From the NCBI GenBank assembly GCA_964199315.1, contig OZ116711.1:4960001-5024000 (forward strand): DNA of 64,000 nucleotides, in the 5' to 3' direction. Numbering within the stretch: the stretch's first letter is position 1; the number at the start of each line of letters is the position of its first letter. Shown here piece after piece: positions 50,401 through 63,900 of this stretch. The position numbers and the translations under genes were made by a program. The notes beneath the pieces are model-generated. The model worked only from the letters and a program-made list of their open reading frames with translations, was not told the origin of the DNA and made no database searches. Origin of the DNA: Orbicella franksi (lineage: Eukaryota).

Positions 50401-53400
50401 CCAGTCTCTCATCATCCGAAAACGACAACGCGAAATTGAGTTGTAAATGGTAAGCGCCATATCGGTCGGTTGGTCTGCTGATTTTGGAAAAACCCTTACT
50501 ATTCAAAGGTCATTCCAGCCGTTTATTCTGATAAATTGTAAGCCACCTCTTTACAGCTCTCAGACGACATTTTAACAAGTTTACCTCAGTGTGTCTGTGT
50601 GCTTAAGCCACCCCTTAAGGTACACACTTCTCTGTAAGAGAAGCATTTGTCGCACACTTCTCTAAGACTGTCACTTCCCCAATTAAGTCAGAAAATTCTT
50701 CACGATAGGACTGACAGTTCTCTAAATTAGAAATCTATCCAAGCAGACTCTTCTTTAAGTCAAACACCTCCACAAGACTGATAATTTCTAATCGTACCTC
50801 TCTGACATCCGTAAAGTTCAGCCCTCATGGATATGTGACTTCTCCAGGCTTTAGGGTGAATACGGACATACTGGGCTCTGAATGGTCGCAACAAGGTATA
50901 TGATACGATCGAATTTCTGTCTGAGTTACCACGGAACATCTAGCAAGATAAAGTGGTGAAAGAATAGTTGAAAACTAAGTGCTTTAGCATAATTGCTACT
51001 GGCACGTAATGGATTCAATTATTCGATGTACGAACACGATGTGCGGGCTATTTTGAAAATTGTTCTCAAAGCTACGCATACTTTGGTGGCCTTACGGATT
51101 GTGGTGTGTTGGCATTCACTAGTCAACGAAATTTAAAGCCAGTCAGACACAAATTAATCTCTTGGACAAGCGTCCTTAGCAAATTTTGTGTGTGCGAACG
51201 AAAAACAAATTTCTTATTAAAGGAATTCTTATTTAGTTGACTAAATTCTTTGAAGCCTTTCTATACCCTATATGCATTTCAGAATGTTCATAAACGCAAT
51301 TTCGCCACAACAATACGTTTAAGATGAACATCTGAACACAAACCTCAGAGAACTTACCCTAACTTTCCTCCTTTCCCTGTAAGCTTTAAAGATGGACCCA
51401 TCTCCATAGGACAACACATACCGAGTCACCCACTGATGAGCATCTCGTCTGCCTTGTGTTACAATTCCTGTAACACGTGCAATATTACCGAGGCATATCT
51501 GAAGCCACTGTCGAGCATTATTAACACGTGCGCTCCAAGAGCGGATAGAGTTGATTCGTCCCAGCCATGGCGCCAAGTGGTGATTGTAGTATGTCGAGGC
51601 ACTAAGGGCTCCGTCTACGATTCGTTTATCCTCCAAGCCAAGTGGAAGAGCACAGCGTCCTGAGAAGTCGGAGAGTCAACAGATCAGTTATGTCTTATGT
51701 TGATGTGGGAAGAAACTACTCCGAGGAAAACGATGTAAGGTAAATATAACGCCAGAGTTTCAAAATAAAAAAGTAGAACATTAGTTCAACTACTTGTGTA
51801 GCTGCCACAACTTGATTAGAAGTATTAAATTATAATTAAAAGAGTACACACTTCTAAGTATGGCAGTCTAAATTAATCTAGGTACTATGGACCAAACCTC
51901 TGGAACTCTGTAGGCGACAAACTAAAACTTTACTGTTAACATCAAAACTTTCACCAAGGAAAGTAGGAGAGAGACATTTTACACATGTAATCGCTGTTTC
52001 TGCAATAGCTAGAATCTTTCTACTTTCCACACGTGAGTCAATGTTGTATTGTGAAGGTGAGCAGAATCGGCAAGGAAAATGGTGTAAGGTAAATATTTCG
52101 CCAGATAGTTTCAAAATAAAAAGGTAGAACATTAGTTCAATGGTACGTTTGCGACACCCTAAGCTTAGTAAAAGTAATAGATTAGAATTACAAGAGTAAG
52201 CACTTCTAAGTACGGTCTAAATACATTTGCGTGCTATGGACTAAGACTCTGGTACTCTCTGGACGACAAAACTGCTGCTAATATCAAACATTTTAACTTA
52301 TGAGAGAGACATTATATTATATTCGACACCTGTAATTGATATTTGTGCATTAGTTAGATTCTTTCTGCCTACCATAGTTTACGTGAGCAAATGTTTTAGT
52401 ATTTTATATTTTAAGTTTAAATTAAGCTATAAATTGATTAGCCTATTATATTTATGTTGCAAATTGAAGTTATTACATGCGCACATTTAATTCTCTTACT
52501 CGATCTTAACTAAAGTATCAGTGAACAAACAAACAGTGTTTACCAGCTGGACAGCCATTGAGTTCAACTCTCATGGAAATGTGTCTGTACCACCCTCTGG
52601 GTAGAAAACGTATGAATCTCGCGCGGGCGACTGGGAAGAGTCTGTGCTGCTTGATAGTGTTCCTATCACGGTTTCCAAGGAAATACTAACAAAATAAAAG
52701 AGAAAGAGATTAACAGCAAAAGTAATTAACAAAGCTACTTTTTGTCTTTACACCGAAACCAACAGACCATATTTGTATTATCGGTATTGGACCGGAACTA
52801 GCTTGCAACTGAGGCTAACGCAAGGAATCTTTTCAAACGCAAATGTATTCATCGTTTGTTAATGATATTCCCCACATGAGCCTCCACTGCAAGCTATATT
52901 TCCAGTCCAACAGCAAGAATACGAATACGGTCTACTCAAACAGTGACATACCCAAGGTCTTCCTTGTGACCAATAAATGGTGTAATGTGCTCCATCAATA
53001 CTATACGACAGCATATATTTCGTCACCCACTGACTAGCATCACTTCTTCCTTGAGTCGCAACACTTGTCACCTTCATCGGTACTCGCATGTCAATCTGCA
53101 GGAATTGATGATGGTTGTTCACCCTTGCTGACCATGCGCCCATAGTCCTTCCCGTTCGCTTCTGGTTCAATCTGGCCAAGCGCGCGCCGTGGTTTGCATC
53201 CCACTCGGATGAGGCGCTGATCTGGTTGCTGCGTATGCGGCGGTTTTCCATTCCCATTGGGCGATTACATTGTGGTCCTACAAGTTACAGTTGGTAAGCA
53301 AAGTAAGTATCGTTCCTAAACTTGATTGTTGAAAGGCTAGATAATTTCCATCCATCAGGACCCAGTTATTCAAGGGGTGGATAACACTATCCGATGGACA

Positions 53401-54727
53401 AATCAAGATAGTGTTTGACCACATTTCGAAACACCTCGAAGTTTGTCAAAAAATACTCCGTTACGCGTCCTATTTTCAACTCTCTTCTCGGTGCTTGGAA
53501 ATGTGGCCAAACACGGTTTTTCGTGTTTGATATTACATATAAAAGGTACAGACCGATGATACATCCAAAGAATTCAACCCTCATAGACATCCATCCACGA
53601 TACGCTCTGGGGTGAACACGAACATATCGAGCAACAAATGGTTTGTTAAGGGTGTGTGTTACCACGATGTAACGGTCGTAGTTGCCACGGAATAGCTGCA
53701 ATAAAAATGAAATCGTACAAAATTAGTTGAGTCGATAGATCTGTAGAAAAGCCGAGGGGGCAGAAACTTCACTAGAATCCTAAACGTATCGGTAAATAAC
53801 TGAAAATGATTAGCACGTCCCAAGTAATATAGTCGGAAGAAAAACAAACGTTTCTCGGCAAATTTTCGCACAGTTTTGTACTCTTACTATTAAAACATTG
53901 TGACCACTCGTGAGCATTCGGAACATTAACACGTCAGTAGTGCACAATGAGGTTAAGGCATTGTTATTTAGCAACATGTCGTAACGTACGTAGGTGATGA
54001 AAACTGCAGACTTGATACAAATTTCTTCCTCAAAGCTGACCTTAACTGGTGCTTGTTCAATGGAGTGAACATGTCTCCGAGACATTACTAAAAACAGTGT
54101 TTCATCAAGATTTCAGTCTTGGACGATCCCAAATATAGATATGTGTCAGGTGTTACTAGAAATACATGCTAGTCAATGAAATTACAGCAAAGGTCCGAAA
54201 CAGATCACGCTAGCGGCCAAACTGGTAACAGTATTATTTGGTTAAAAGCTTCTTAGGGTATCGCCTGAGGACACATTTTACCTTGATTACTTTTCGTTCG
54301 GCGTAATATTTATAAGTAGATCCATCACGGCTGTAAGTTATTCTGTAAGTCCTGACCCACTGTTCTGCGTCATGTCGGCCCTGAGTGGCGATGCCTGTTA
54401 CACGAGTCAGTGCTTCAAAATCAATCTGCAAGGAAATCGTATGTGAGATAAAAGCTAACAGTTTGTGAAACTAATACGCACATTTGTTCACTCAAAGACA
54501 TCTTGTACAGTTGTACAGTGGTACCGTTGGACACCACTAATTCAAACTCGGTTATTTCGAATTCCTCGTTATTTGAAACTCAAACCCATTTCCTTTGGAT
54601 TTGCCCTTCACTCATTTACTATCGGCTTTTTCGAAATCCCGATATTTCGAACTATTTTTCGTTTCCCCAGAGAGTTCGACTGTCTATAACGTAGGAAGCC
54701 TATTCTGCAAATAGTGCGTATTTAAAG

Positions 54728-54786
<59 letters not shown>

Positions 54787-57700
54787 ATTGATATCTTCTT
54801 TTTGGTTTCGAGGCCCTAGAAAACCCATAGAGAAAAATTAAACATTTTTATTTTTCATCGAGTATATACGCTTAGTACCCATTTGAACTATTCACTGTAC
54901 CTGCAAATACTGTTTGAGATCATTTCTACGCGCGCACCATGATCCACCCAATCTTCCCACTCTCCTCTGATGCAGGCGAGCATTCCATGGTCCACAATAG
55001 AAACTGTGGTACGATGAAGCTGTGATTAACGGATTGGCAATACGCCGGTCCGCCATGCCTAGAGGCATGTTACACTTGTCTAGAAAAAAAAAAAAAGAGA
55101 AAAGGCATGTATTGTTAGGCTGTTATTTCACTGCTGATTTACTTGTACAACGCAGTTCAACTTCAGATCTCAAATATCTTAGGCGCACATGAGCCAACTG
55201 AAAAACAAAACGTAAAACTTGAGTTCAACAGGCTCACCGTACGACCCTGAAAAGTTTGTGAACAGTTGATTTGATATAAGTTGGGCATGTTTATGGTGCA
55301 ATTAGAACTTAGATCAATACACAGGGATAGTTACAGTGTATCATTAAGGGTTTCTTAGGGTTCACAATCTAACTGTTTGATTTTCTCCCGCGACACAACA
55401 ACAGACTTCAGAAAATTCTCCTTTTCCTTTCATTCTGGTATGCTAGGTGTGAGGTTTATGTAGCCAGTTGGCGAGTTTTTGACGACAAATAACGTCATTA
55501 AAACAATCCAAAAACCTATTCACTTACGCTCTGGGCACCCATAAAGTTCCAGTCTCATAGCTATGTAACTGTGCCAGCCCTTGGGTACGACACGGAAATA
55601 CACAGCTTTGATTGGCGGAGAGAACGCTTGGGTCTTCACAGAGTGACGATCATTGTTGCCTGGGAAATACTGCAAAAGAGGAAAAGATATTTTTGCGTAA
55701 TGTTAGTAGGATTCAAATATATTTGTCGATTTAAACCTGAATGCTTTCGATTCGGTTCCTCCCGTTATGTTCCTATTCTTTTTATGATAGCTCCAGTTTA
55801 CTTACAAGAACTTGTTGGTATATCAAAACAACGGCTCTTATTTTATAGTTTTCGTATTTATTCCAACATTTACCTGCTTTGCCAAGCGCGGCAGAGTCCA
55901 AACAAAATTATACATTGTTGAAGTTATTGCTAAGGCTAACAGGCATAAAGTCTGAGAGAAAAAAATATTTTGTTGAACAGTTTCCCCTTCATTGCTATCC
56001 CTAACAAGACAGGTGTATGACTGAAATTCAGACAAAAAATTCCTTACTGATTTTATGCTTTGATCTGAGACATGCGAGGTAACAATAGGCTTGAGAAGAA
56101 AAACTGCTCTTTTCAGTGGCTCTCAACAGTTAGCAGATACTTGCTCCTGTTTTTTTCCACATAAGAATCCCACAACTTAGCTGCATACCTTAAAATTCCC
56201 GTACTCCATGTAGTACTCAAAGTGCATGTTATCCTGGCTGAAAGCCACCAAATAACGCGTTACCCACTGATTAGCGTCATGCCTTCCCTGTGTCGCAATT
56301 CCTGTGATTTTCATTGGTCGACCCAGAGCGATCTGTAGATATTGATTGGCATTTCGTATACGTGCTACCCAGGCTCCCATATAGCGGCCAGTACGTGAGC
56401 GGTGGAGTCGAGCGAGGTATGGACCGTGGAACACATTATAGGATGAGGACGCAGTCATAGCAGTGTTCTTGATTCGGCCGCTCTGTATGCCAACTGGAGC
56501 GGCACACGGTCGAACTGGAAATTGAGATTTTGGAGTTAATTACTGAACATGCATACGTGTAGACCAAATTGCACTTTTAGGATGATAATAGTTGTGAACA
56601 AATCTGGCACACAACACCAGACAGCAAATGCTTGTAGAATTTATACTCATGTCCCACTTCCATTTCGACATACCACTAAAAACGAAACCTGCTTAAAAAA
56701 TGTTAATCACAAGTTTGCTATTATACACATGTGACAACTACCATATTGCTTGAGGTACTGTACATACCAGCCAGACAGCCATAGAATTCAACCCTCATCG
56801 AGATGTGGCTGCGCCAAGATTTGGGATGGATTCGTACAAACTGTGCTTTAAAAGGCGGGACAAATCTGTAGGCTACCACTGTATGGCGATCAAAATTACC
56901 ACGGAATACCTACAAGAAATACGCACATTGTCACTGTTAGTAACAATATTGCTATATAACACTCACCTACCGTCATTTTATGTATGGTCAAATTATTGTT
57001 AAGCCAAAGCACATATCATTTTGTGAGCTTTAAAGTTCAACTCAGGGCATATTAAAAGTGATACTTTTACGTCTCATTTACAAAGTAGAAAATCAAACGA
57101 ATTTTCAGCTGATGATATAGGAAAAAAAATGCAAGCTAAATGTGAAGTAAGTCAAGACAAGAGAAGTATTTCAGGACTAAAATTGTACGTATCCTCGTTT
57201 GTCACGATGTGCCAAGTCACCCTTACGGTAAATTAAGACCGCCTTTGAAACTAAATTTTTCTTCTTTGATTAAGATGCCATATGAAGCAATTCTTGAATA
57301 TACTTTGAACATTAACTTCATTTTTTTCTAGCTCTGGGGAAAATAATCTAGAAAAATGGCTTTTACACAGTAGCACATCGTGCGAAGTATACTACTGAAA
57401 GTTGGAGATTCCCATGTGAGTGAGCAGTACCAGTTCACATGCATCCCATGTTTATGTAGACAAATCAACGCACCCTTGTTCGTCCGTACTGCTTGTAAGA
57501 GAAGAATGTTCTTCCATTTCTGCTGTATGACACAATATATGACGTCACCCACTGGTGAGCATCTTGCCTTCCTTGAGTAGCCACGCCCTCTAGGCGACCC
57601 AAGACACCAAAGTCAACCTAATTACAGGTAAATTAATATTATTAACCAAATCAATGAAAGAGTACCAAAACGAACTATTGTGACAATGAAAATTGTTCAG

Positions 57701-60700
57701 TTATGTCAAGAAAAAATTGAATCCCTCATTACTACCCAACCAGTTAGCTTAAGAGTCTTTGGCTTAGAGTACACGCAACCTAATTACTTTCTAATTTGAC
57801 TTAAGAAACCGGTTAAGCCTAGATTCAGAATTTATGTATCTCCTGTCCTTATTTATCACTGACTGAGAAAGTTACTTCATTGTGATCGGCTGAAATAAGC
57901 AAAAATATAGTTAATTTTTCATTTGCACTACAGCGCAAATTATACAGGCGCATTCGTAATTTTCATAGTCATAAAATAAATGAGTAATCGTATGAAAGAT
58001 CGAACAATCAAGGATTTACATTACTCATGATATATGAAAATTATTTTAAATTGCGCTCGCCTTATGGTTCCTGCAATTTTGAGAGAATTTTCAAATAAAG
58101 CCTTCACTGCACTCGCATTCATACAATTATTTTGACTACACTTGTAAAAGTTGTACCAGAGTTAACCAATGTATACTTACCTGCAGCCATTGTCCAGCGT
58201 TATTTCTCTGGGCACACCAGGCACCAGTCCTACCACGACCAGCAACCATATTGAGCCGCCCGCGATCTGGGCCATGTCTAGAGTTGTGACTTGAAGAGGC
58301 AGACAGTGCACCGCTTGGGATGCGGCGATCTTCTATACCAATAGGAACCTTACATCGTCCTTGAAAGTACATAAGAGAACACATAATTTCAAGTTCAAGT
58401 TGCATGAAGAAAAATCTTCAAAATACTGTTCAATACAATGACAAAACGACACACCGAAACCTCCGAATCTTTGCTGACTTCCAAATTGCTAGAAAACAAC
58501 TTTCCACAACAACAGAATTTATTTACCCCATTTAATAGCTTATATGTACAATCATTTCAAATGATCTTTTGAAAAATTGAAAGGTTACCAGCTCCCTGAA
58601 ATAACTAAAAAGCTAAAGATGCCAGGGAGCTGGTTTATTTTCACTGACTATAATTCGATTGATCAAATTTACACTAAAAATGTGCTGCTTTACTTTCTTT
58701 AACGGGAAAACATTGTTCATTGATCATTATAAAATGGTCATCACCAACACAACTTAAAACCAAAACCAGAAGAAACAAAACTCTAACTCTGACTTTGAAT
58801 TTTCTTGCTAGGATCAACAAATATTAAACGCTAGCACTTGTTTGGCCATTGGAAAAAAAAATTCCCGAAATCATTTTTTTAGGGCCTACGGAAACCATAA
58901 CAATATTTCAAGCTGATATCAGAAGAATAAAGTAAAATGAAAATAAGTCACTGCACTAGAAGAAACAGTTAACCTTACCGATTGTACAGCCATAGAGCTC
59001 AACTCTGATTGAGATGTGTCGGTACCAGGACCTGATGTGAAGTCGCACAAAACGGCCTCGGATTGGTGGAACAAGGGCATGGGAAACAACTGTGTTCCTA
59101 TCGCGGTTGGCTTGGAAAATCTGATGAACGAAGATCAAGTAAAGTACCTCAGGTTAAGGAATGAAATACAATTTTCACTGACCGTACATGTGATATGACG
59201 GATCGAACAAAAAGTAGCCCAATTACGCTTTTAATTTGCTGTTATTTCGTTGGCAGTAAGTATCTAGCATTGGCCGTACAATGCCGGCCCCTTATCAAAA
59301 CATGCAGCGACCTTAAAATAAAACGTCTTGACTTTACACTGACTTTGACAAAAATGTTAAGCATTTTCAGTTCCCGAGTATTAGCCGATCGCGAAATAAG
59401 TTTCTTATTTCCCGACTTATTTCCCCGTCCACTAGCAGCCACGATATTTTAGCTGTACAAGAATATTTCGAAATGAAACCCACCTTCCTCGTATTGCGTT
59501 CAAAATAAAAAGCAAAGTAAACTCCATCCTGACTGTACAGTAGATAATATGATGTGACCCATTGGTTAACGGTGGGTCTACCTTGAGTCGATATACGGAC
59601 GATTTTAGTGGGTCTCCCCAAGTCAATTTGTAACCACTGGAAGGCGTTATTCGCTCCTGCAGACCAGCCGCCCATGTACCTCCCCCTGCGTTGGTTTTGT
59701 AGCCGAGCTAAATAAGGAGCATGATGATTATCCCAGCGAGATGATGACGTAATGGCGACATTTCTGATGCGGCGATTCTGCATTCCCAACGGACGATTAC
59801 ACAGTTTACCTGTGAAGGCAACATCACATACATTTTTACAGAGACGTTCCTGGTTTTCGAGAAGACTTTGGTATGAAAATGTTTCTTCTCGTAAGAACTT
59901 CAATTGTACAAGACCATTCATGGCCATATAGCCAGACAAAAAATTTAATAAGGCAATGTCCATGAAAAAAGTATGACTGAAGCAATGTCCATGAAAAAAA
60001 TGACTGAAGCAAACTCCATGAAAAAATTATGAGTGAGACAATGTTTATGGTTAAATTCTCTTCTTAGTTATTTAGGGTGTTTATGATGACTGTAAACAAC
60101 AAAAACAAAAAGGCAAGTGTCTCGGTTGGCCTCTTACTAGTTACGGCCCAAGCAATTTATAAATTCGCTGGGAAGAAATCATGCAGTTTGTTATAAGTTG
60201 GAATTTGTTACATCAAAGTCTTTTCATACTCTACTGTATATCACAAAGTTCCGTAACTGTTGTTGGAAATTTCGCGTCACCCACAAGGTTACTGCTACTT
60301 TTTAGATTACTCCCTTTTTTGTTTGTTTTATAAGGTGTTTGTGGCCTCAAGATTACTTGCATCAGAATTATTTAGCTTCAGCTGGCCTCACCTAATCTGC
60401 AGCCATAGAGTTCCACTCTCATGGAGATGTGACTGCGCCATGTTCGGGGGTGAATACGAACATACCGTGCTTTGAAAGGGCGCAGGAAGCGATGGGTTAC
60501 GACGAAGTTCCTCTCGAAGTTCCCTTTGAAAACCTGTGTAAAACAAATGAAACAAGAGAACACGTCAGAAAGTTATTTCACATGCAAACTTCACAGAAGG
60601 CTACTTAAATTAATGACATTGACAAAGAAAATTACTTCACCTTAATCCTTCTTCCTTCCCTATATGGGATGGATCTGACATTGTTCATACTGTAGGACAC

Positions 60701-60956
60701 TGCATAACTCGTGACCCACTGGTCAGCGTCATATCTACCCTGGGTAGCGATTCGCTTGAGTCGAGAGACTGTGCCCAGGTCTATATTCAAGTACTGCCTG
60801 GCATTGTTGTACCTGGCGGTAGATAAGTAAGACATAACAGCATAGATAAGTTCAAGTGCCAGTTTCTCTGGCAAAGTAAGTTTCTTTTCTATCATACATG
60901 ATACTGAAGGGAAACTGGCCAAAGAAAAATAGGCCATTTTCTACAAATAGGGCATT

Positions 60957-60993
<37 letters not shown>

Positions 60994-63900
60994 CTGAGGC
61001 TGATGAGTCATTTCAAATGCAAATGATGGTAATCTGTTTTTATTGATAGTCCTCCGCATGAGCTCCATTGTCAGCTAGTTTCAGCCCTATATCGAGAACA
61101 CGAATATGGCCTGTTGGGAACACCAAAACCTTACTTACTTACAACAATATAAAAAGTTAATATGATAAAGAGGTATTTTGCCGAAACACTGAACGAAACC
61201 ACAAAATTAAGTCTGAGCGTGTCCAAATGTAATCGTACAGTACTCACTTTGCGATCCAACCTCCTCGAACATAGCCGTGATTCCTGGACTGAAGTCTGGC
61301 ATTCCACGGTCCGTAGTAATAGTTGTACATGGACGATGCCGTAACAGCTTGTTTGGTAACGCGACCGTCCTCCATTCCCAAGGGAACATCACAAGGATCT
61401 TATATGAACCAAGGAAGAGATTAGCCAAAAGGAATGCATAAGTAACAACTGAATGAGTAATAAAGTACATGTAACTCGGCTGAATGAGTAATTTATAACG
61501 TGCAACTGAACTAAATTTCTACGAGTTTTGATAACAAGAACAAAGTGAAATTATTCTTCATGAAATGGGTACCGTTATTCTTATATTCCCGGGAGCCGTG
61601 GGTAAGGGTGGGTTGAGTCGCCAAAAGGCCTCTGAATTCTTTTTATTATTATTATTATTATTATTATTTTGTCTCAACGTATAGCATCCTCAAGGACTAA
61701 GGGGGAGAGTCGGGTCAAAATTTTTGGGTCAGAAAGAAGGCAACCGGGACTATTTACCCCTGGGTCTCCGAGGATGCACCTATAGTTGTGTGTTATATGA
61801 AAACAACAACAACATACAACGTTTTTTTCTCAAGGTCGGTTGATGAGACAGGGGTGAAGTGCCCCAAACTCAAAATTGGAGCAAACGACAGTCAGCTCTC
61901 TGGCCAGAACAGGAAAACAGTAGAAAATAACTGTCCATAAGATTTTGAATTAATAACTGCAATATCATGCAAGCAAGTCACATTTCTACTAAAGACCTTC
62001 TTTCTGTCTATTAAATACTGTGTATCACTTAAGACCTTTACCTGCTCTGCAGCCATAAAACTCGGCTCTCATGGAGATGTAGCCATGCCATCCCCACGGG
62101 TGCAGACGAAGATAGCGAGTTTGTATTGGTGGAGACAGGACGTTATCCACAACGCTGATACGGTCACGATTGGCAGTGAAGTACTACAAAGAGTAAACAA
62201 AACATTGTTCATCTAAATGAGCTGAAAACACTTCACTATCACTATAAGGAACTGAGGTAATACACACGTTGCCAAAAACGTCCGTTGCTAAGTTAACATG
62301 TGCACGATTTGTTTTTCTGCAAAACCACAATGAGGCAGTGTTGCAAGATAGGTTGCACCCAATAACAGACGGTTAAACGTCAAACTGCTATACTTACAGG
62401 GACTTTAATAACTGTTCTGCTTCGAGCTGATAACTGGTCATTTAGACACATGCCCAGTTGTATAAGCTTCAACTCGAATCTTAGGAAGACCATAGTGTAA
62501 ATATGATACGATTTCGTGTTTAAATAAAGATTGAATTGTCTTGACTTATACCATCTGTAAGCATCAAAAGGAAACAAATCTGACCTTATCCTGACTTCTC
62601 TGTCTGTAGGTTGCCCAGTGCAGCGTGTCCAAGCTGTATGTCAGCTTGTATCTTGTCACCCACTGGTTGGCATCTCGTCTTCCCTGTGTAACAATCTTTC
62701 GCACAGTTGTAGTTCTTAAAAAGTCGACCTTAAACCACTGGTTACGATTGTTATGTCTGGCAATCCAGCAGAAAGGCTTGTGAAGTCGTCCATTTGGTGC
62801 TGTGTAGCGTCCATTGTAAGCCGATGAGGAGGTGATTCGTGCATTGGGGATTCTTCCAGATTCTAGGCCCAGTGGACGGTTGCAAAGTGGGGCTAAATGG
62901 CAACAAAACAGCAACTAAGAAGAAGGTCCACCACACCTTGTACTTGTTTTTGACATTTTGTGGCTTACAGTTGTTTTAGTTGGAAAATTTTATAACCAGT
63001 TTGATTCTCATTTTCTTTTGTTTCAGATACTGATACGAAATTTTAAGCAAAGTTAAATAAAACGAAACTTTGAAAAAAGGCAAATTAAATGGAAAATTAA
63101 AGGTAAATTGAAGGTAAATGAATGTAAAAACGTCGCGTTTAAAAAGGATTCAAATCAACTTTTTTGATCTTTGATTCTCTTTGGTTTATTGACTCTTTCT
63201 TATGCAAGTAAATATATGAAGCATACCTCAACTGCGGAATTAAGATTTAAAGATATGAGGGATAATCGAAGACTTGAAACCTAAGCAGTAAGTTCAACTA
63301 TTTAAGGTTTCCTTCAATGTGAATGTGCGTAATTTAGTACATCTCAAAATATGACTTATTAGCACATAATAACATGACCAATAAGTTCATGTAACGACTT
63401 ACCAATAGGGCATCCTATGAATTCCACTCTCATGGACATCCAGCCATACCAGGTCAGCGGATAAACACGGATGTATGAAGCGGCTATGGATCTGGGGAAA
63501 GTGTTGGTGACTATTGTGTGACGGTCACTGTTGGCTGTGAAAACCTGTCAAACAGGAATGCATAGAGCAGCAGGTATTAATTGTAAATGCGACCGAATTA
63601 CCCACCGTGTTTTAACATTCATATAAGACCAAAGCGTTTTGGAACGAAGCTAAGTTAAGTGTTAGAACTGATATTTTGAAGCGGTTGTTAAAGGATGAGT
63701 GGTGAAGAGACAGAACAAAAGATGTTGACAAAGTTTTTGTTCGTTAGGAGAGTAGAGAAACTTTACGAATGGCCAATTCGCTCTGTGAAACGTGTCTGCA
63801 GGGCCGGGAATCATGGTAGTTGTATTCATCAGAAAAAATATCCTGTCTAAGATGATGAATATAACTACCATAATTCCTTGCAAGCCCATCTCATAGAGGA

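Noticed and set aside
58588-58633. 11-bp inverted repeat resembling a terminator hairpin
   Set aside because: Short palindromes are common in these repeat-rich introns, and bacterial terminators are not relevant here.
59955-60030. Three ~28-bp direct repeats considered as a CRISPR-like array
   Set aside because: They are contiguous tandem units with no unique spacers, in a eukaryotic intron with no cas genes.
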